From: the human T2T-CHM13v2.0 reference genome, Homo sapiens
Direction: 5' to 3' (one strand)
NCBI RefSeq assembly: GCF_009914755.1
Contig: NC_060946.1
Length of the DNA: 64,000 nt
In this document: in pieces, positions 61,549 through 64,000 of the stretch
How positions within the stretch are numbered: position 1 is the stretch's first letter
Layout of the letters: each line of letters begins with the position of its first letter
Position numbers and translations under genes: made by a program
The notes under the pieces: model-generated
The model's database searches: none
What the model was told of the DNA's origin: nothing
What the model saw: only the letters and a program-made list of their open reading frames with translations

Positions 61549-62649
61549 AACAAATACTGAACACAATGTGTAGCAGGGACAAACTAGTTAATGTAACATA
61601 CTTAGGTTATCTTCTTCCCTCCTTTCCTCCCTCCCTGCCTTTTAGGGAAGAACACTCCTTCCACCCCCACTCTGTCTTTTAGGGAAGAACACTAAACTTG
61701 GAATTGGAAGTCTTATGTTCTAATGCTCCCTCTACCACTTACTAACTCTGTGAAGTTGGGCATTTAATTTTTCTAAACATCTCTGAACCCCATTTTCCCC
61801 ATCTGAAAAGTGGGAATGCTAATACTTTGCAAGACTGTTGTAGAGATGCAACCAAATAGTGTGCAGGCCTGGCATGGTGCCCAAAGCAGAGTGGGCACAC
61901 GCAGTGTTGGCTGCACCCACCTTCCTTATACATTGATTGCAGAACATAGAAATGAACCTGAGAAGAACGTGAAAGTGAACCTGAAAAGAAAGGAAGAAAT
62001 AAAAAAAATCATCTAGAATCCCAGCAGTTTCCTTAAGTTGCCTACTGTCAATTTTCCATTTCTCTCGTCCAAATTCACATGGAGACATCATTTTTACACA
62101 CTTGTAATCAATTGTAGGCGGAGTCTGGGGTCCTAGCACTTCCCCTAACATCATCTCATGATACTTAGACTTTTAAAGAACCCTTGAGTAGGCCCTGTGA
62201 TAAAGGATGTTAGTGAAAAAAATAATGAGAAACAGGGACTTGGCTTAGAGAAAGAAGCCTGCGTCAGATCAGTAGGCCCCCCTGGGGCTGTGGAAGCATG
62301 CAGAAGGTCCCTTAGGAAGTGATGTTGGAAATGGCCTTGGGCCAGCCACGTTATTTCTCTGGACCTCAGGTCACCCATCTCTGAAATGGGAGCATTGAAC
62401 TGGCTGATCCCTGAAGCCCCTTGAGGCTCTGGGGTTCTAGGGAGTATGTGACCCCTGAACTGCCTGGAATATCTTAGGTATGCCAGGTGCTACAGGGGTT
62501 GAGAGGGGAGGAGGTACGGACCCTGCCTTCCATGTCCTTACAGTCATCTTGGGGCCATAAATTCAGGCCAGAAAACCCATTCAAGGACAGGATATAAGGA
62601 AGAACAGTATAGCATTCTACTGCAGCAATGCAAACTCCATTTGACCCTA

Positions 62650-63263
<614 letters not shown>

Positions 63264-64000
63264 CTATATGGAAGATGGATTAGATGTGTGCTGGTGGCCC
63301 TAGGGGCAGGGCTGGGGCCAGAGGGAGGAGTGAGCTAAGGGTGGGCTCAGCTCAGGGAGGACAATCTCGCACTCATGGGCTCTTGGTTTGGGGACCAGAA
63401 CAGCAGATGCTTGCAGGCTCTCTGGGTGCCCCCCCACCACCTCTACAGGCGCTGTGCTGAGTACTCTTCTATGTCAGTACCTATTATCCCTCACACAGCC
63501 CCATAGAGTAGGTGATTCCCTTGTGCTTATTTTACAGGTGTGGAAACAGGCACAGGCTAAGTCACATATTGGGAAGTGGAGTGAGTGGGATTGGAACCCA
63601 GGCAGTGGGTGTCCTGGCAGTGGGGGTATATGGGCAGAGGTGAGGGATGGAAGGGCAGAGGAGGACTGGGCAAGGTGATTCCTGAGGCCCTGTGGCTTCA
63701 GTGGCTTATCAGGGAAGGCTCCCTGGAAGAGGTGCCCTTCAGCTGAACCTTGAAGGCTGGGAAGGATCGATGGAGAGGAGCAGCAAGGGTGTCCCAGGCC
63801 AGGGAAGGAAAAAGCACAAAAGGCCTAGAGGTGGAATGTGGCATGGGTGTGAAGGTGAGGCCAGGACGAGTTGGCATGGCTAGAACTGCCTAAAGGAGAT
63901 CCAAAGCCACAAGCCGGGCCTCTTGATCCGGTTCAGAGGCCCCTTCCCATTGGCCAGCCTGCGTGTTGCAACAGCATCCCACGGGTCCCTCCCTCTGTCC

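Noticed and set aside
60176-61573. 465-aa and 449-aa His/Pro/Ser/Ile ORFs, plus MDGW-repeat ORFs on the minus strand
   Set aside because: The CCAT array lacks stop codons by composition, the starts are not in a promoter or splice context, and overlapping frames are open at once.

Overview
Human genomic DNA, recognisable as the HMOX1-MCM5 locus on chr22q12. Two complete + strand genes can be spliced by hand from the sequence. HMOX1 (heme oxygenase-1) has 5 exons, CDS 3192-15617, 867 nt = 288 aa. MCM5 (replicative helicase subunit) has a non-coding exon 1 plus 16 coding exons, CDS 22458-46249, 2205 nt = 734 aa. The rest is repeat-dense: about 50 Alus or Alu fragments, two ERV1 (MER4-group) LTRs, hAT/MER fossils, L1/L2/MIR remnants, microsatellites and a 1.36-kb CCAT-based array. 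Nearly all non-exonic ORFs in the track are Alu or low-complexity artefacts, and no RNA gene, CRISPR array or third gene is supported. The locus is well studied, so the findings are hypotheses from sequence architecture, not demonstrated systems. The strongest are: (1) HMOX1 exon 4 splices in frame to MCM5 exon 2, predicting an anchor-less HO-1/MCM5 read-through fusion; (2) a weak GC donor followed by a G-quadruplex motif in HMOX1 intron 1; (3) an Alu-flanked, stop-free, 3n-length HMOX1 exon 3 that could circularise. Exon boundaries are exact; repeat boundaries and family names are by eye and approximate.
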